This document shows, one piece after another, positions 27,887 to 38,902 of a DNA stretch of 64,000 bases (position 1 is its first letter; every line of letters begins with the position of its first letter). Under the pieces are notes generated by a model. It ran no database searches. It saw only the letters and a program-made list of their open reading frames with translations, and was not told the DNA's origin. Source of the stretch: Candidatus Woesearchaeota archaeon (GTDB lineage: Archaea; Nanobdellota; Nanobdellia; Woesearchaeales; SKIA01); the NCBI GenBank assembly GCA_047602905.1, contig JBLKOP010000005.1, positions 1,241-65,240 on the forward strand. Reading direction: 5' to 3'. A program made the position numbers and the translations under genes.

Positions 27887-28486
27887 ATGAGTCGTCTTGA
27901 AGAACAACTGCGTTTTCTTGAAGAAATTGATCAGTTCAAGAATGTTGAGCGAGTAATTCCGTTGCAAAACGGTCGTTTAGAAACGGATGCTGAGCACACA
28001 TGGCATTTAGCGATGTTTTTGCTTGTTTTTGATAAGGACTTACCTGTAAGTCTTGATCGGACAAAAATGTTTCGTCTTGCTTTGGTTCATGACTTAGCTG
28101 AGGTGTACGCGGGTGATCCGTTCGCGTTTGATACTGTGGGTCGAGTAGGTAAGGCTGATAAGGAGTTAGTTGCTGCGAAGAAACTGTTTTCTTTGCTTCC
28201 AAGCGATCTTTCTGAGGAGTTCTTGCAGTTGTTTCTTGAGTACGAGAATAAGTCTTCTGCTGAAGCTCGCGTAGTTAAGGCGTTTGATAAGTTGCAGCCG
28301 TTACTATCTCATTACTTAACACAAGGTCGTTTGTATCGTGATAAAGCGATTACTCAGGAGATTGTTGAGGAGTATAACAAGCCGCATTTCGGGGAGTTTC
28401 GTGTTCTTGATGAGCTTAATAAGAAACTTATCGCTCTCTTAGCGCAGAGTGGCTCGTTTAGCTCGCAGAAACAAACGACTTTATGA
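27887..28486 (+). CDS. HD-domain phosphohydrolase (YfbR/HDDC2-like 5'-nucleotidase)
   Basis: ETDAEHTWHLAMF and LVHDLAEVYAGD (H...HD...D). ATG 27887 is preferred over the tracked 27839, which overlaps the preceding ORF. Confidence 0.75.
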   Translation: MSRLEEQLRFLEEIDQFKNVERVIPLQNGRLETDAEHTWHLAMFLLVFDKDLPVSLDRTKMFRLALVHDLAEVYAGDPFAFDTVGRVGKADKELVAAKKLFSLLPSDLSEEFLQLFLEYENKSSAEARVVKAFDKLQPLLSHYLTQGRLYRDKAITQEIVEEYNKPHFGEFRVLDELNKKLIALLAQSGSFSSQKQTTL

Positions 28487-29112
28487 AACCGCTAATTCTT
28501 TTTGATTTTGATGGAACACTTGTTGATAGCACACAAGAAGTATTGTTTGTGGTTAATACGCTTCTAAAAAAGAGAGGTCTTAGTGAAGTTACTGCGCAAG
28601 AAGTAGCGACTACTCCTCTTGAAGCACTTGCTCGTAGTAGAGGAGTTGGTCGTTTTCGTGTGTTGTTATTCTTGCGCGAAGTGCAGCAGTTACTTATTAA
28701 GCGAAGCACTCCTGTTCCTGTTCACGAGCACATAAAGCAACTTCTTAACTCAGTTAGTGCGTACGTGGATGTGGGTATTGTTACTTCTAATTCTCTTGAG
28801 TACGTACACGCTGTTGTTAGCGAGGAGTTTCTTTCTCGTTTCGTGTGTGTCTTGCACGCAGGGTTGTTTACAAAAAACAAAGTTATTTCTCGTGTTCGTA
28901 AACAACGAGGGCTTTCTAAGAAGTACGTGTTGTACGTTGGTGATGAGTCTCGTGACGTGCACGCTGCGAGAAGAGCAGGTGTTGATTGCTTAGCGGTTTC
29001 TTGGGGGCTACAAGGAGTTGATAGTTTGCTTGCTTCTCGGCCTGCTATGCTTGCTCAAAGTACTGAGGAAGCAATTCATCTTCTTAAGGCGTGGATTGCT
29101 TCACGTGGTTAA
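28483..29112 (+). CDS. HAD-superfamily hydrolase (phosphoglycolate phosphatase-like)
   Basis: Motif I LILFDFDGTLVDS, motif IV YVGDESRDVHAARRAG. ATGA overlap with the HD gene. Confidence 0.75.
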   Translation: MKPLILFDFDGTLVDSTQEVLFVVNTLLKKRGLSEVTAQEVATTPLEALARSRGVGRFRVLLFLREVQQLLIKRSTPVPVHEHIKQLLNSVSAYVDVGIVTSNSLEYVHAVVSEEFLSRFVCVLHAGLFTKNKVISRVRKQRGLSKKYVLYVGDESRDVHAARRAGVDCLAVSWGLQGVDSLLASRPAMLAQSTEEAIHLLKAWIASRG

Positions 29113-29197
29113 GAACAAGTACATTGCGATACTTACTCCTAAAAAAAGCATTGCTCTTGCTACCCAAATGGCTATTTGAAAGTAGCGTACTTTGTCT

Positions 29198-29809
29198 TCA
29201 GCGTCCATGTTCTTTGATGTGTTTGAGTCGAGTAAACTCTTCTCGTTCTCTTTCAGCAAGTTCTTGTGCTATCGTTTTTTGTGTGCTTTCTAGCTCTGGT
29301 ATGTATATGTGCTCTAGCGCGTTTACTCGTCGCTTCGTTTTTCGTATCTCTTCAGCCAGTGCGTAAATGGTTTGTTCTATCTCCGCTAGTTTTACAAGTA
29401 AAGGAACTACTGTTTGGAATTGTTTTTGTGCTTGCATGACGTACTCGCTTATTCCTATAAGGCTCGCGTTGTGCTTGACTGCTTGTGTTTGTAACTCTAG
29501 TGCGTTTATGCGCACTCCCATCAAGTTCTTTTCTGTGTAGGTGGTAAGAAAGCTTTCTTGTGTGCTGTACGCTAAGCTTTTTACTCTGTTTACTCCGCTT
29601 ACTGCTTGTGCTACGTGCAGTTGTGTATAGGCTTCTTGGAGTTGTTGTGTTACGTCACTTGCGAGTCGTTTGTATTCTTTTACGTAGCTAAAGAAGTGTT
29701 GTATGAGTGCGTCGCGTTTTTTTGTGAGGAGCTGGTGTCCTGTTGTTGCAAGCTTCTTTTTTTTCTTTACCGCAAGTAGTTCCATGCGGTTACTTGGTGG
29801 TCGGTTCAT
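29198..29809 (-). CDS. atpD: A-type ATP synthase subunit D
   Basis: [29 protein letters not shown] matches the V/A-type D subunit N-terminus. Last gene of the operon. Confidence 0.85.
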   Translation of the reverse strand: MNRPPSNRMELLAVKKKKKLATTGHQLLTKKRDALIQHFFSYVKEYKRLASDVTQQLQEAYTQLHVAQAVSGVNRVKSLAYSTQESFLTTYTEKNLMGVRINALELQTQAVKHNASLIGISEYVMQAQKQFQTVVPLLVKLAEIEQTIYALAEEIRKTKRRVNALEHIYIPELESTQKTIAQELAEREREEFTRLKHIKEHGR

Positions 29810-31161
29810 TGTAGGTATTGTTGTACGTGTTCTTTCTTGACTTTTTTGAGTTCGTTTCTGGGCAGCATTGCGAGGAGTTGCCAGCCTATATCAAGAGTTT
29901 TTTGTATGTCTCGGTTACTGTTTGGTTGGTGGATGAATTCGTTCTCAAACGCTTCTGCAAAGCGCAAGTATTTCTTGTCGGTTTCTGAAAGACTGCTTTC
30001 TCCAACGACTGCCACGAGGTTTCGTAGCTCTACTCCTTGCGCGTAGCTTGCGTAGAGTTGATCACTTACTCCTGCGTGGTCTGCTCGTGTCTTGCCTGCT
30101 CCTAGTCCGTTGTTCATGAGTCGCGAGAGACTTGGTAGCGGGTTGATTGGTGGGCTTATTCCTTTTTTGTGTAGTGCTTCGTCAAGAACGATTTGTCCTT
30201 CTGTGATGTATCCTGTCAGGTCGGGTATCGGGTGTGTTTTGTCTCCGCTTGGCATGCTAATAATTGGTATTTGTGTTATGCTTCCTTTGCTTTCCTCTAC
30301 CATTCCTGCTCGTTCGTACTGCGCTGCTAGGTCTGTGTACATGTACCCTGGGTATCCTCTTCTTCCCGGTATCTCTCCTCTTGCGCTACTAATTTCTCGT
30401 AGCGCTTCGCAGTAGTTGGTAAAGTCGGTGAGTACGACAAGTACGTGGTAGTCTTTCTCAAACGCTAAGTACTCTGCTGCTGTGAGCGCTGCTCTTGGGG
30501 TGAGTATTCGTTCTACTGAAGGATCACTTGCGGTGTTAAGAAACACGGCTGTTTTGTTCATGGAGCCTGTTTCTTCAAATGTTTTAAGAAAATAGTCTGC
30601 TTCTTCGTTGGTTATTCCCATTGCTGCAAATACTACTGCGAATTTCTCGCCAGCTATTTGTGCGTGCTTAACAATTTCTGCTGCTAGTTCGTTGTGCGGG
30701 AGTCCTGCTTGGCTGAAAATAGGCAGTTTTTGTCCTCGCACTAAGGTGTTCATGCAGTCTATCGTGCTTATTCCTGTTTGTACGAAGCTGTCCGGGTTTG
30801 TTCTTGCTGCTGGGTTTATTGCGCTTCCGTTCATGTCGCGGTAGTCTTCTGGTGCGTACGCGTCGGTGCTTGTGGGTCTTCCTAGTCCGTCAAACACTAC
30901 TCCTAGCATGTCTTCACTTACTCCCATAAGCGCTGGTTTTGTGCTGAACTGTACTTGTGCTGTTTTATCCACTCCTCTTGGTGAGTCAAAGAGCTGCACT
31001 ACTACTTTGTCCTCGCTTGCTTGTAGTACTTGCCCAAGTATTTCTCTGTCTTCTACGCGTACCGTGCACAGCTCTGCGTAGCTTACTTCTTTGGTTTTTT
31101 CTACTACGAGTAGTGGTCCTTTGATGCTGCTTATGGTTTTGTACCACGGGTTTGTGCTCAT
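29806..31161 (-). CDS. atpB: A-type ATP synthase subunit B
   Basis: [16 protein letters not shown], non-catalytic nucleotide-site region and conserved C-terminus. 451 aa, with 4-nt overlaps on both sides. Confidence 0.92.
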   Translation of the reverse strand: MSTNPWYKTISSIKGPLLVVEKTKEVSYAELCTVRVEDREILGQVLQASEDKVVVQLFDSPRGVDKTAQVQFSTKPALMGVSEDMLGVVFDGLGRPTSTDAYAPEDYRDMNGSAINPAARTNPDSFVQTGISTIDCMNTLVRGQKLPIFSQAGLPHNELAAEIVKHAQIAGEKFAVVFAAMGITNEEADYFLKTFEETGSMNKTAVFLNTASDPSVERILTPRAALTAAEYLAFEKDYHVLVVLTDFTNYCEALREISSARGEIPGRRGYPGYMYTDLAAQYERAGMVEESKGSITQIPIISMPSGDKTHPIPDLTGYITEGQIVLDEALHKKGISPPINPLPSLSRLMNNGLGAGKTRADHAGVSDQLYASYAQGVELRNLVAVVGESSLSETDKKYLRFAEAFENEFIHQPNSNRDIQKTLDIGWQLLAMLPRNELKKVKKEHVQQYLQ

Positions 31162-32894
31162 CGGCTCTCCTCCACTGACTCAGTTATTATTGTGCGTATA
31201 CGTTTGGTGAGTTCTTTAGCGTTGTTTGTGTATTCGTTGTTTGGGGTGTATTTGAGTTCTGCTATCATGGTGGTTGCTTTGCTTGCTCGTAGCTTCTCTA
31301 AGTTTACTCGTTCTATTTCTTGCATGATTGCTTCTTTGTACGCAAAGATTGCTTGCATCATGTAAAAACTTTTTTGTGCTGGGCAGAACGTGTCTTCTTC
31401 GTGAAAAGCGTTTTGTTGTAGGTAGTCTTCGCGAATAAGTTTTGCTATAAATAGCGTTACTTGTTCTTTTTTTGGTAGAGCATCTACTCCTACGAGCTGC
31501 ACGATTTCTTGTAGCTCGCTTTCTTCTTGTAGTAGCTGCGCTGCTTCTTTGCGGTACTTGCTCCAGTTCTCGTTAATGTTTTTATCAAACCACTCGTCTA
31601 GAATGGTTGTGTATAGGCTGTAGCTTTTTAGCCAGTTAATACTTGGAAAGTGCCTTTTGTCTGCTAGGTTTGCGTCTAGTGCCCAGAAGCTTCTGGTGAG
31701 TCGCAACGTATTCTGCGTTACTGGCTCACTAAAGTCTCCTCCTGCTGGGCTTACCGCTCCTACTATGGTTACGCTTCCTATGTCGTTGTTTAGTGTCTCT
31801 ACTATTCCTGCTCGTTCATAGAACTCTGCGAGTTTTTTGCTAAGGTACGCTGGGTATCCTTCTTCTCCTGGGAGTTCTTCTAGTCGTCCACTGATTTCTC
31901 TCATTGCTTCAGCCCATCTGCTTGTGCTGTCTGCCATGAGTGCTACGCTGTATCCTTGGTCTCGAAAGTACTCTGCTATGGTTATTCCTGTGTATATGCT
32001 TGCTTCTCTTGCTGCTACTGGCATGTTGCTGGTGTTTGCTATGAGTACTGTTCGGTTCATTAATGGGTTGCCGCTTTTTGGGTCTTCTAGGTGCGGGAAT
32101 TCTCGTAGTACTTCTGTCATTTCGTTTCCTCGCTCTCCACAACCGATGTATACGATGATTTCTGCGTCACTCCACTTAGCAAATTGTTGCTGACTTACCG
32201 TTTTTCCTGCCCCGAACGGTCCTGGTATTGCTGCCGCTCCTCCTTTTGCTACTGGGTATAAGAAGTCGAGTACTCGTGTTCCGCTGATGAGTGGTTTGGT
32301 GGTTCTTTCTCGTTTCTTGTAGGGTCTGGGTATTCGTACAGGCCATCGTTGTTTCATAGTAATGGTTTCCTCACCTACTTGTGCTATTGGTTCTTCTACG
32401 GTGTAGTCTCCTTCGTTGATGCTTGTAAGTTTTCCTTTTGTTCCTGGTGGTGCGAGGATGTAGTGTTTTATCGTCTCGTTTTCTTGCACCCATCCGATGC
32501 GTTCTCCGGCAAGGATTTCTTCTCCTTCTTCTCGTAAGGGGGTGAAGTGCCATTTCTTTTCTTGGTTTAGCGCTGCTGCTCTACTTCCTCGTGCTATGAA
32601 AATTCCTTGTTGTTCTTTAAGTACGTCTAGTGGTCTTTGTGTTCCGTCATACACTGATGAAAGAATTCCTGGTCCTAGCTCTACGCTTAGTGCTTCTTGG
32701 GTGTTAGTTATTTTTTCTCCTGGTCGTAGCATGGTTGTTTCTTCATAGACTTGTATGATGGTTGTTTCTTCTCGTACCTCAATGATTTCTCCTAGGAGTT
32801 CTTCTTCTCCTACGAGTACTACGTCGTTTATGGCTCCTTGTATGTCTGCGTGTATTACTGGTCCGGATATGTTTGTTATTCTTCCTTGTTTCAT
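31158..32894 (-). CDS. atpA: A-type ATP synthase catalytic subunit A
   Basis: [14 protein letters not shown], Walker [36 protein letters not shown]. 578 aa. Confidence 0.95.
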   Translation of the reverse strand: MKQGRITNISGPVIHADIQGAINDVVLVGEEELLGEIIEVREETTIIQVYEETTMLRPGEKITNTQEALSVELGPGILSSVYDGTQRPLDVLKEQQGIFIARGSRAAALNQEKKWHFTPLREEGEEILAGERIGWVQENETIKHYILAPPGTKGKLTSINEGDYTVEEPIAQVGEETITMKQRWPVRIPRPYKKRERTTKPLISGTRVLDFLYPVAKGGAAAIPGPFGAGKTVSQQQFAKWSDAEIIVYIGCGERGNEMTEVLREFPHLEDPKSGNPLMNRTVLIANTSNMPVAAREASIYTGITIAEYFRDQGYSVALMADSTSRWAEAMREISGRLEELPGEEGYPAYLSKKLAEFYERAGIVETLNNDIGSVTIVGAVSPAGGDFSEPVTQNTLRLTRSFWALDANLADKRHFPSINWLKSYSLYTTILDEWFDKNINENWSKYRKEAAQLLQEESELQEIVQLVGVDALPKKEQVTLFIAKLIREDYLQQNAFHEEDTFCPAQKSFYMMQAIFAYKEAIMQEIERVNLEKLRASKATTMIAELKYTPNNEYTNNAKELTKRIRTIITESVEESR

Positions 32895-33169
32895 AGCTGT
32901 ACTCCTAGTAGTTCTTTGGTTAGTGCGTTTATTGCTTCTTGGGTTGTTGTGTTCTTCTCTGGTATTTCAATAATCATTGTCTTGGTTTCTTGTAGGTGTT
33001 CTCGTAGGCTGCTTGGTATGATGAGTACTTGTACTCCTCTTCTCTCAAGTTCTTGCTGTGCTTCTTGAACGATTGTTTTGTCTGCGTTGGGAGGGATTTC
33101 TTGTAGGTGTTCTATTCCTGTTAGTCCAAAGCCTATTACGTCGTCTTGGTAGCCAATAATTCCTATCAT
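32891..33169 (-). CDS. atpF: A-type ATP synthase subunit F
   Basis: 92 aa. [18 protein letters not shown] is typical of V/A-type F. Position between C and A. Confidence 0.8.
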   Translation of the reverse strand: MIGIIGYQDDVIGFGLTGIEHLQEIPPNADKTIVQEAQQELERRGVQVLIIPSSLREHLQETKTMIIEIPEKNTTTQEAINALTKELLGVQL

Positions 33170-34197
33170 GTAGCGAGTACCTCGCGTATTTCTTCTGTGT
33201 TAAAGCCGTGGTGTTTCATTTTTAGAAGTATAATGGTGTTTCTTGTTGTGATGCTTTGTATAGCTACGAGTCCTATCGTGCTTGCTGGACTGAGTGGTTC
33301 TTTCTTTAAGAGCTTTTGTGCGTATGCCCAAAGGTTTTTTTGCATGTCTCGCTCGAGTTGCTCTGCTGTGCTTGCCGTAGTTATGTATCCGTGTTTGTTT
33401 GTTAGGCTTGTGAGTTGTTCTACGTTCATGCTTGTTTGTAGTTCTGTAAGAGGAATTTTTCCTCCTGGTATAGTTGCTTCTTCGTTCTTGTTAATGAGTG
33501 CTATGTTGTGTGTGTCTATGAGTCGTTTCACGTATCCTCTGCTGTTTGGTTCGTTGGCTGTTGAGAGGAGTTTTTTGAAGTAGAATAAGTCGAGTTCTTT
33601 CTCGAAGCTTTCTAGTTGGTGTTCTTGGATTTCTTCGTAGTGCTTAGCAAGTATTTCTTGGTAGACAGTGTTTTTTAGTTCGTTGCGTAGGTCTTGTAGG
33701 CTGTGTTCTTTTCTGCTAATAAAGTCTTTAGAGAAGAGTCTTGTTTGGTGTAGTACGTCGTGAGTTACGCTTCCGGTGGTTGCTAGGCTTCTTGTTACTG
33801 TTTCTATATCTAGGATGTCGTACTTGGCAAGTATTGCTTCTATGAACTTCTTGGTTTCTTGTGGGCTTATTCGGCGTATCTTCTCAAGCTGGGTGATGAG
33901 TTGTTCTCGTAGAGCTGTTTCTAACTTTGAGAAGCTTAGGTCTGCTGCGTAGTACTTGCTGAGTTCTGGGTAGTGTTTCTCGAGTTGTATGATGATGTCG
34001 TTGTAGCTTCTTGGTGCGAGTTCTAGAAGTTCTTGGTTTGTTGGTAGCTTTGCTTTCATTGCTCGTACGCGAGCGTTGGGGTAGCTGTACGGGTATACTT
34101 TGCTTACGATAATCGCTACTGGTATGAGCGCGAGTATTCCTGCTATGAGTACTCCCCATACTACGAGCAGTGCTTGGTCTGTTATTGTTTCAAGCAT
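33166..34197 (-). CDS. atpC: A-type ATP synthase subunit C
   Basis: 343-aa helical protein in the canonical position between E and F. YPYSYPNARVRAMKAKL is typical of the subunit C/d N-terminus. Confidence 0.8.
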   Translation of the reverse strand: MLETITDQALLVVWGVLIAGILALIPVAIIVSKVYPYSYPNARVRAMKAKLPTNQELLELAPRSYNDIIIQLEKHYPELSKYYAADLSFSKLETALREQLITQLEKIRRISPQETKKFIEAILAKYDILDIETVTRSLATTGSVTHDVLHQTRLFSKDFISRKEHSLQDLRNELKNTVYQEILAKHYEEIQEHQLESFEKELDLFYFKKLLSTANEPNSRGYVKRLIDTHNIALINKNEEATIPGGKIPLTELQTSMNVEQLTSLTNKHGYITTASTAEQLERDMQKNLWAYAQKLLKKEPLSPASTIGLVAIQSITTRNTIILLKMKHHGFNTEEIREVLAT

Positions 34198-34706
34198 TTC
34201 TTTACCTCTTTTTGTACTTGTTGGATGATTCTTCTTTCTTGCTCTCGCAGATAGTCTTGTAGGCTGTACTCGATAAGGAGTTCTTGTGTGTTTGCTTGTA
34301 CGAGAAGTTTTTTTGTGTCCTCATGGTATTCTGCGTTGCTGAGTTGTTGTTTTTGTACTTCTTCTTGTACTGTTGTTCTTAGCCACTGCATGGTTTTGTT
34401 TGTTTCTTCTTCTCGTATCTTGTTTTCTTCTCTTACAAGCACTTCTGCTACGAGTTCTTCTATTGCTGCGTTTATTTCTTTGTTTGCGCTTGCTTGTGCT
34501 ATTGCTATTTGTTTTTTGCTTTGCTCACTTGCTTGTTTTTTGCTTGCTGTTAACATGTTGGTTTCTTCTGTTTTTGCTTGCATCAAGTATTCTTTTGTGA
34601 GTGCTTCTGCCTCTGTCTGTGCTTGTTTGTTTATTTGTTGTATTGCTTGCTCGTAGCGCTCTTTTAAGTGCTTGTTGAGCAGTGCTTCGTTGTTAGCTAC
34701 CTGCAT
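34182..34706 (-). CDS. atpE: A-type ATP synthase subunit E
   Basis: 174-aa highly charged coiled-coil protein in the canonical operon position. Confidence 0.7.
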   Translation of the reverse strand: MQVANNEALLNKHLKERYEQAIQQINKQAQTEAEALTKEYLMQAKTEETNMLTASKKQASEQSKKQIAIAQASANKEINAAIEELVAEVLVREENKIREEETNKTMQWLRTTVQEEVQKQQLSNAEYHEDTKKLLVQANTQELLIEYSLQDYLREQERRIIQQVQKEVKKCLKQ

Positions 34707-34741
34707 TGTGTGTTTTCTGTTTTTCTTAGCGGTTGTTCTCT

Positions 34742-34972
34742 TTATGCTGCGAATACGAATAACAAGATGATTGCTATTACGAATCCGTAGATTGCTTGTG
34801 TTTCAGGAAGTGCTGCGAAAACAAGCATTTTTGCGAGTAATTTCTCGTTTTCTGCTGTTGCTCCTGCTGCTGCGCTGCTGGCGAGTCCTTGACCAATTCC
34901 TGATCCTAGGCCTGCAAATCCAATTGCTATTCCTGCTCCTATTGCGATGAGTCCGCTGGTAATGTCTACCAT
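34742..34972 (-). CDS. atpK: A-type ATP synthase proteolipid subunit K (c)
   Basis: 76-aa two-helix hairpin. GAGIAIGFAGLGSGIGQG and the ion-binding Glu in LPETQAIYGFVIAI. Confidence 0.9.
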   Translation of the reverse strand: MVDITSGLIAIGAGIAIGFAGLGSGIGQGLASSAAAGATAENEKLLAKMLVFAALPETQAIYGFVIAIILLFVFAA

Positions 34973-36741
34973 TATTGTTGTACCTCCGTATAGTTTTTTC
35001 TCATAAAAGGATTGAAGAGTTCTCCTCCTCCTTCAAAGAAGAGGCTAAAGAACTCTACGTAGTGTAATCTCGCTGCGTTGATACTTACTCCGATGATGCT
35101 TACTACGAAGTTAAATGCGTGTCCTGCGAGTATGATGATTAGCCAGAGAGCTATTCCTAGTGTTCCTAGGCTGAGTGTTTGTTCTGCTATGGTGTTTACT
35201 GCTAGTGCTACTCCTGCTGTTGCTAGGCTTAGGGCGAGTATTCTTGCGTAGCTGAATACTTGTCCTATGTAGCTTGTTAAGTTCATGATGCCAAACACTC
35301 CTTGGTTTCGTATGAGTAGCGCTGCTGTTGCTGCTAGGATGATGTGTCCTGCTGTGGTGTTTTGTGTAAAGTACGCCGCTATTGCTAGTTGTAAAAGCCA
35401 AAACGGTGCTGCTTTGCTCCATGTTTGTTTTTCTTGGTTCTTAATTGCTTGTATGAGTCCTAGCAGTACTCCTAGGTTCATGTGTATGAGTCCAAGTGTT
35501 ATGCTGAGGATGAGCAGGGGTATTGTTGCTTCAAAGCTGCTTGTATAGATTGGTTGTAGGGGTATGAGTCCTCCAAAGAAGCTTCCAAATATTGCTCCAA
35601 AGAGCATGGTGCTTATTGCTGATAGTGTGAGTATTCTTCGCGGCCATTTTTCGTGTGTGTAGTTTTTAATGATTGGTATGAGTGCTAGGAGTATGAGTGC
35701 GTATCCTATGTCTGCGAGCATGAGTCCAAAGAATATGGGAAAGAAGATGCTTACGATAAATGTTGGGTCTATGCTCGTGTATTTTGGTGTGCTAAAGAGT
35801 TTTGTTAGTGGTTCAAAGTACGTGGTGAATTTGTTGTTGGCAAGTTTTGTTGGTGCTTGTTTGTCTGCTTTTTGTGCTGTTATGGTTGCTTGCGGTATTG
35901 CTTTTTTGAGTTTTTTGAAGTCTTTTTTCTCACAGTAGCCTGTTATGAGGGTGAGTTCTTGTGTTCGTGAGAATTTGTTTGGTAGCGTGTATGCTTCGTA
36001 GTGGTTTTCTAGGCTTATGAGTAGGTGTTGTAGGGTGCTTGTGTGTACTCCGAGTAGTGTTGTTTGTTGTTTGTTGTTGTTTGTTATGTTGGTTTCTAGT
36101 TCTTCTTCTCTTCTTTGTAGTTCTTGTTTTGTTTCTTTAGTGTTTTTGGTGATGAAGGTCGTGTTTATTTCTTTGAGTTCTGTTTCTTGGAGTGCTTCTC
36201 GTACTGCTTGTACGTGTTCTTCTTGTACTTCTATTTTTGTGTAGTGTTTATTGCCGTGTTTGTGTTGGTGTACGATTCCTTTCTTTATTGTTATTTTGAT
36301 TTCTTTGTTTGCTTCAAAGATGAGTGTTGGTTGTTTGGTGATTTCAAACGGGATTGTTTCTAGAATTTCTTTTCTTGCTTGTACTCGCTGGAGTTTTTGT
36401 GTAAGCGTCTTTTCTTCTTTTTGGAGTTGTTGTACTTGGGGCAGGTATTTGTTTATGAATGCTTTTGCTTCTGTGAGTGCGAGTAGTGGTGTTGGGAGTT
36501 TGTTTATGGTGGTTGCTTCTGTGCTTGTGTTGGTTTGTTCTGCTATGTAGCGTAGTTGCAGGAGTGCTTCTCCTATTTGGTTTGTTCCTGGTAGGCTCGT
36601 GTCTGCTTGTAGGCCTTCTGTTTCTGTTGGGCTTTGCGTTATGTGTACTGCTGCGAGTTTGTGTAGTTGACGGATAACTTCTGTTTTTTCTTCATTCGTG
36701 GTAAGAATCGTTATTTTATGGAGTTTGGCAGGAAAAATCAT
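34972..36741 (-). CDS. atpI: A-type ATP synthase subunit I (a)
   Basis: 589 aa. Soluble coiled-coil N-terminal half plus a multi-TM C-terminal half with the conserved Arg region (YARILALSLAT). Confidence 0.85.
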   Translation of the reverse strand: MIFPAKLHKITILTTNEEKTEVIRQLHKLAAVHITQSPTETEGLQADTSLPGTNQIGEALLQLRYIAEQTNTSTEATTINKLPTPLLALTEAKAFINKYLPQVQQLQKEEKTLTQKLQRVQARKEILETIPFEITKQPTLIFEANKEIKITIKKGIVHQHKHGNKHYTKIEVQEEHVQAVREALQETELKEINTTFITKNTKETKQELQRREEELETNITNNNKQQTTLLGVHTSTLQHLLISLENHYEAYTLPNKFSRTQELTLITGYCEKKDFKKLKKAIPQATITAQKADKQAPTKLANNKFTTYFEPLTKLFSTPKYTSIDPTFIVSIFFPIFFGLMLADIGYALILLALIPIIKNYTHEKWPRRILTLSAISTMLFGAIFGSFFGGLIPLQPIYTSSFEATIPLLILSITLGLIHMNLGVLLGLIQAIKNQEKQTWSKAAPFWLLQLAIAAYFTQNTTAGHIILAATAALLIRNQGVFGIMNLTSYIGQVFSYARILALSLATAGVALAVNTIAEQTLSLGTLGIALWLIIILAGHAFNFVVSIIGVSINAARLHYVEFFSLFFEGGGELFNPFMRKNYTEVQQ

Positions 36742-37019
36742 AGTTGTTCGTGGATGTCTTGTGCTTGTAGTTGCTTAATTGTTTGTATCTTTTTTTGTGC
36801 TTCTTCGCGTATTTGTTGAATGTGTTCTTGTGTTTGTTCGTGTACTGCTTGTGCGTAGATGTTTGCTTTGGTTTTTGCTTCTGTTCGTGTTTGTTCTAGG
36901 TGTTTGTTTCCTTGTGTGTGTGCTCGCGTAATTGTTCGTTTCGCGTTGGTGTGTGCTTGGCGGAGTTTTTGTTGCCACTCCTGTTCTTTTCTAAGCACTT
37001 TCTGTACTGCTTCGTGCAT
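36738..37019 (-). CDS. atpH: A-type ATP synthase subunit H
   Basis: 93-aa Lys/Glu/Gln-rich helical protein. First gene of the operon, with a 4-nt overlap onto atpI. Confidence 0.65.
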   Translation of the reverse strand: MHEAVQKVLRKEQEWQQKLRQAHTNAKRTITRAHTQGNKHLEQTRTEAKTKANIYAQAVHEQTQEHIQQIREEAQKKIQTIKQLQAQDIHEQL

Positions 37020-37141
37020 GCCTGTGCGGACAAAGCAAGTCTTTAAGAAGGTATTGGTTCACAAAAAACTTGTTTTAGGAGTACTTCTTAGTGGATACGA
37101 AAGGTGTTGTTTTTATATAGTTGCTTTTTCTTCCTTTCTTC

Positions 37142-38422
37142 ATGTCTATTGATGCGATTCTTCTTGGAGGACAAGACGTTACAGAAAATCTTTTTTCTCG
37201 TGTAGATAAGCAGCTTAAGCGGGATAAGCGTTTGCCAGGAAAAATTGCTTCTCCGACTCTGTATCGTCCTTCTTCTCTGCCGTTTTTTCCTTGGGGTAAA
37301 GATTTTGTGAAGTCAAACGCTCCTATGCCTGGAGGTCCTCCTCTTGGTTCGTACGCTGCGATGACGTTGTTACTTAATGATGCCGTTGATTCTTTTGCCG
37401 TAACAGGTCCTCGATACACTGCTTGGTGGACTGATACGCTTCGCTCATTTATTATTGGTTCTCGTGGTTCCTGCAACGCTACACAAACCATGCTTTACCT
37501 TGATGAGACTGCTTCTTCTCCTCTTCTTGCTACAAAGCAAGCAATTAATTATCTTAAAGAAAGCTCTTCTCAACCTCCTGGTAAGCCCTACTTGGTTTTC
37601 TCAGCGGACACTCCTTTACAAGAAATAGCGAGCTTGCACTTATCTGATGATTTGCTTGTTAAAGCGAGTCTTCCAAGTTTCTTTAAGATATACGGTGCTG
37701 AGGCTTCTGTTTTTGAGCCTAACCTTTGGCCTCGCACGTACCAACTTGCTCTTATTCAAGATGGAGTGTTTCATTACGCTAAGGAGCCAAACCAAGGCCT
37801 TCTTCGTGATGACAAAGACCTTTTTTCTTTACTTACTGTGCTCTCTGATTATCGTAAAGGTAACGGTCTTGTTGTTGCTGCGCACAAAGTTCTCTCTGAG
37901 CTTGCTAGTCGCAGTGATGACAAAGTATCTTTTTATCGTCATGCAAGCCAGTTCCTCCCTCACGTAGCTGAGGCTAAGTTACTGTATTCTTTTGGTCGTC
38001 TGCCTAGAAAAGGAATTCGTGTAGATGACGTTCTTGACACGCTCAAGCAAGCCAAACTTTCAGGAATTGAACTTACTCCCAGTGGTGATTTGCGCGAAGC
38101 AATGGATGTGGATACGCTTGGTTGTTACGCAAAGATGTACGCTTTACTTGATAAACGCCCTGAGGTGTACGCGCACCAAGACGAAATGCAGGATTTTAAG
38201 GAGCGCTTTTCGTTCATAGAAGCAAGTTCACTAAACCAGCGCCCTGAAGGATATATTAGTCATGAACAAATGAACTCTTATGCGCGGTTATTTTTTGGTC
38301 CTCCTATTTTTTCCAAAAAAGAAGTTACTAAAGAAGCGTTAAGGCACTATGCTTCGTGCACCTATGACGATATTGATGCTCTTGCGGATTACTTACTTGC
38401 TTCGCAAAAAACTAATTCGTAA
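37142..38422 (+). CDS. hypothetical protein (~427 aa)
   Basis: Long clean ORF divergent from the atp operon. TTTTATATA at 37111-37119 lies ~23 nt before ATG 37142 (the tracked start is TTG 37121). No family recognised. Confidence 0.55.
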   Translation: MSIDAILLGGQDVTENLFSRVDKQLKRDKRLPGKIASPTLYRPSSLPFFPWGKDFVKSNAPMPGGPPLGSYAAMTLLLNDAVDSFAVTGPRYTAWWTDTLRSFIIGSRGSCNATQTMLYLDETASSPLLATKQAINYLKESSSQPPGKPYLVFSADTPLQEIASLHLSDDLLVKASLPSFFKIYGAEASVFEPNLWPRTYQLALIQDGVFHYAKEPNQGLLRDDKDLFSLLTVLSDYRKGNGLVVAAHKVLSELASRSDDKVSFYRHASQFLPHVAEAKLLYSFGRLPRKGIRVDDVLDTLKQAKLSGIELTPSGDLREAMDVDTLGCYAKMYALLDKRPEVYAHQDEMQDFKERFSFIEASSLNQRPEGYISHEQMNSYARLFFGPPIFSKKEVTKEALRHYASCTYDDIDALADYLLASQKTNS

Positions 38423-38902
38423 CTCGTTTGTCTTCGCGTAATGAGTTACTCGTTTCACAAAGCTTCTCATCTCGTTTTCTCGTCGAATAATTGCTACTGC
38501 GTTGTTTGTTACGGGCACAATGAGAGGTTGAGCGTTTGTTGGTGTGTACGTGATTTCTCCTCGAAACAACTCCTCCCACTCAGGAGCGCTCATATACAGT
38601 ATTTCTACTCCTTCGTAAGGCTCTTGGCTGTCTTGTAGAGTAAAGTCTCCTGTCGTGAATGTCTGCGTGCTTATCGTGTATTCTTCTAGGGAGAGCTTAT
38701 CAGCTATTTTTTCTAGGAGTTTACGTATTTCTTCTGGTGTGCTTGTTTGTGTGTAGCTGTGCTTGTCTGCGCGCACTACTCGTTTTTCTTTCGTATAGGT
38801 TGGTGTGTTATTAAGTGCTTCTGGTAGAAGGACGAATCCTTGGCTGTCTAGTTGTTCTCGTATTTGTTTCCAGTGCTGTTCGTATTGTTTCATAGCAGCC
38901 AC
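38393..38902 (-). CDS. hypothetical protein, possibly the non-catalytic C-terminal DSBH domain partner of the adjacent 2OG oxygenase
   Basis: 169-aa ORF overlapping the upstream oxygenase gene by 13 nt. Beta-rich, lacks an HxD motif. The assignment rests on context only. Confidence 0.4.
   Translation of the reverse strand: MAAMKQYEQHWKQIREQLDSQGFVLLPEALNNTPTYTKEKRVVRADKHSYTQTSTPEEIRKLLEKIADKLSLEEYTISTQTFTTGDFTLQDSQEPYEGVEILYMSAPEWEELFRGEITYTPTNAQPLIVPVTNNAVAIIRRENEMRSFVKRVTHYAKTNELRISFLRSK

Noticed and set aside
37075-37491. 138-aa minus-strand ORF upstream of atpH
   Set aside because: It lies antisense to the better-supported 37142-38422 gene and crosses its promoter. It carries no motif, and the atp operon already starts with atpH at 37019.
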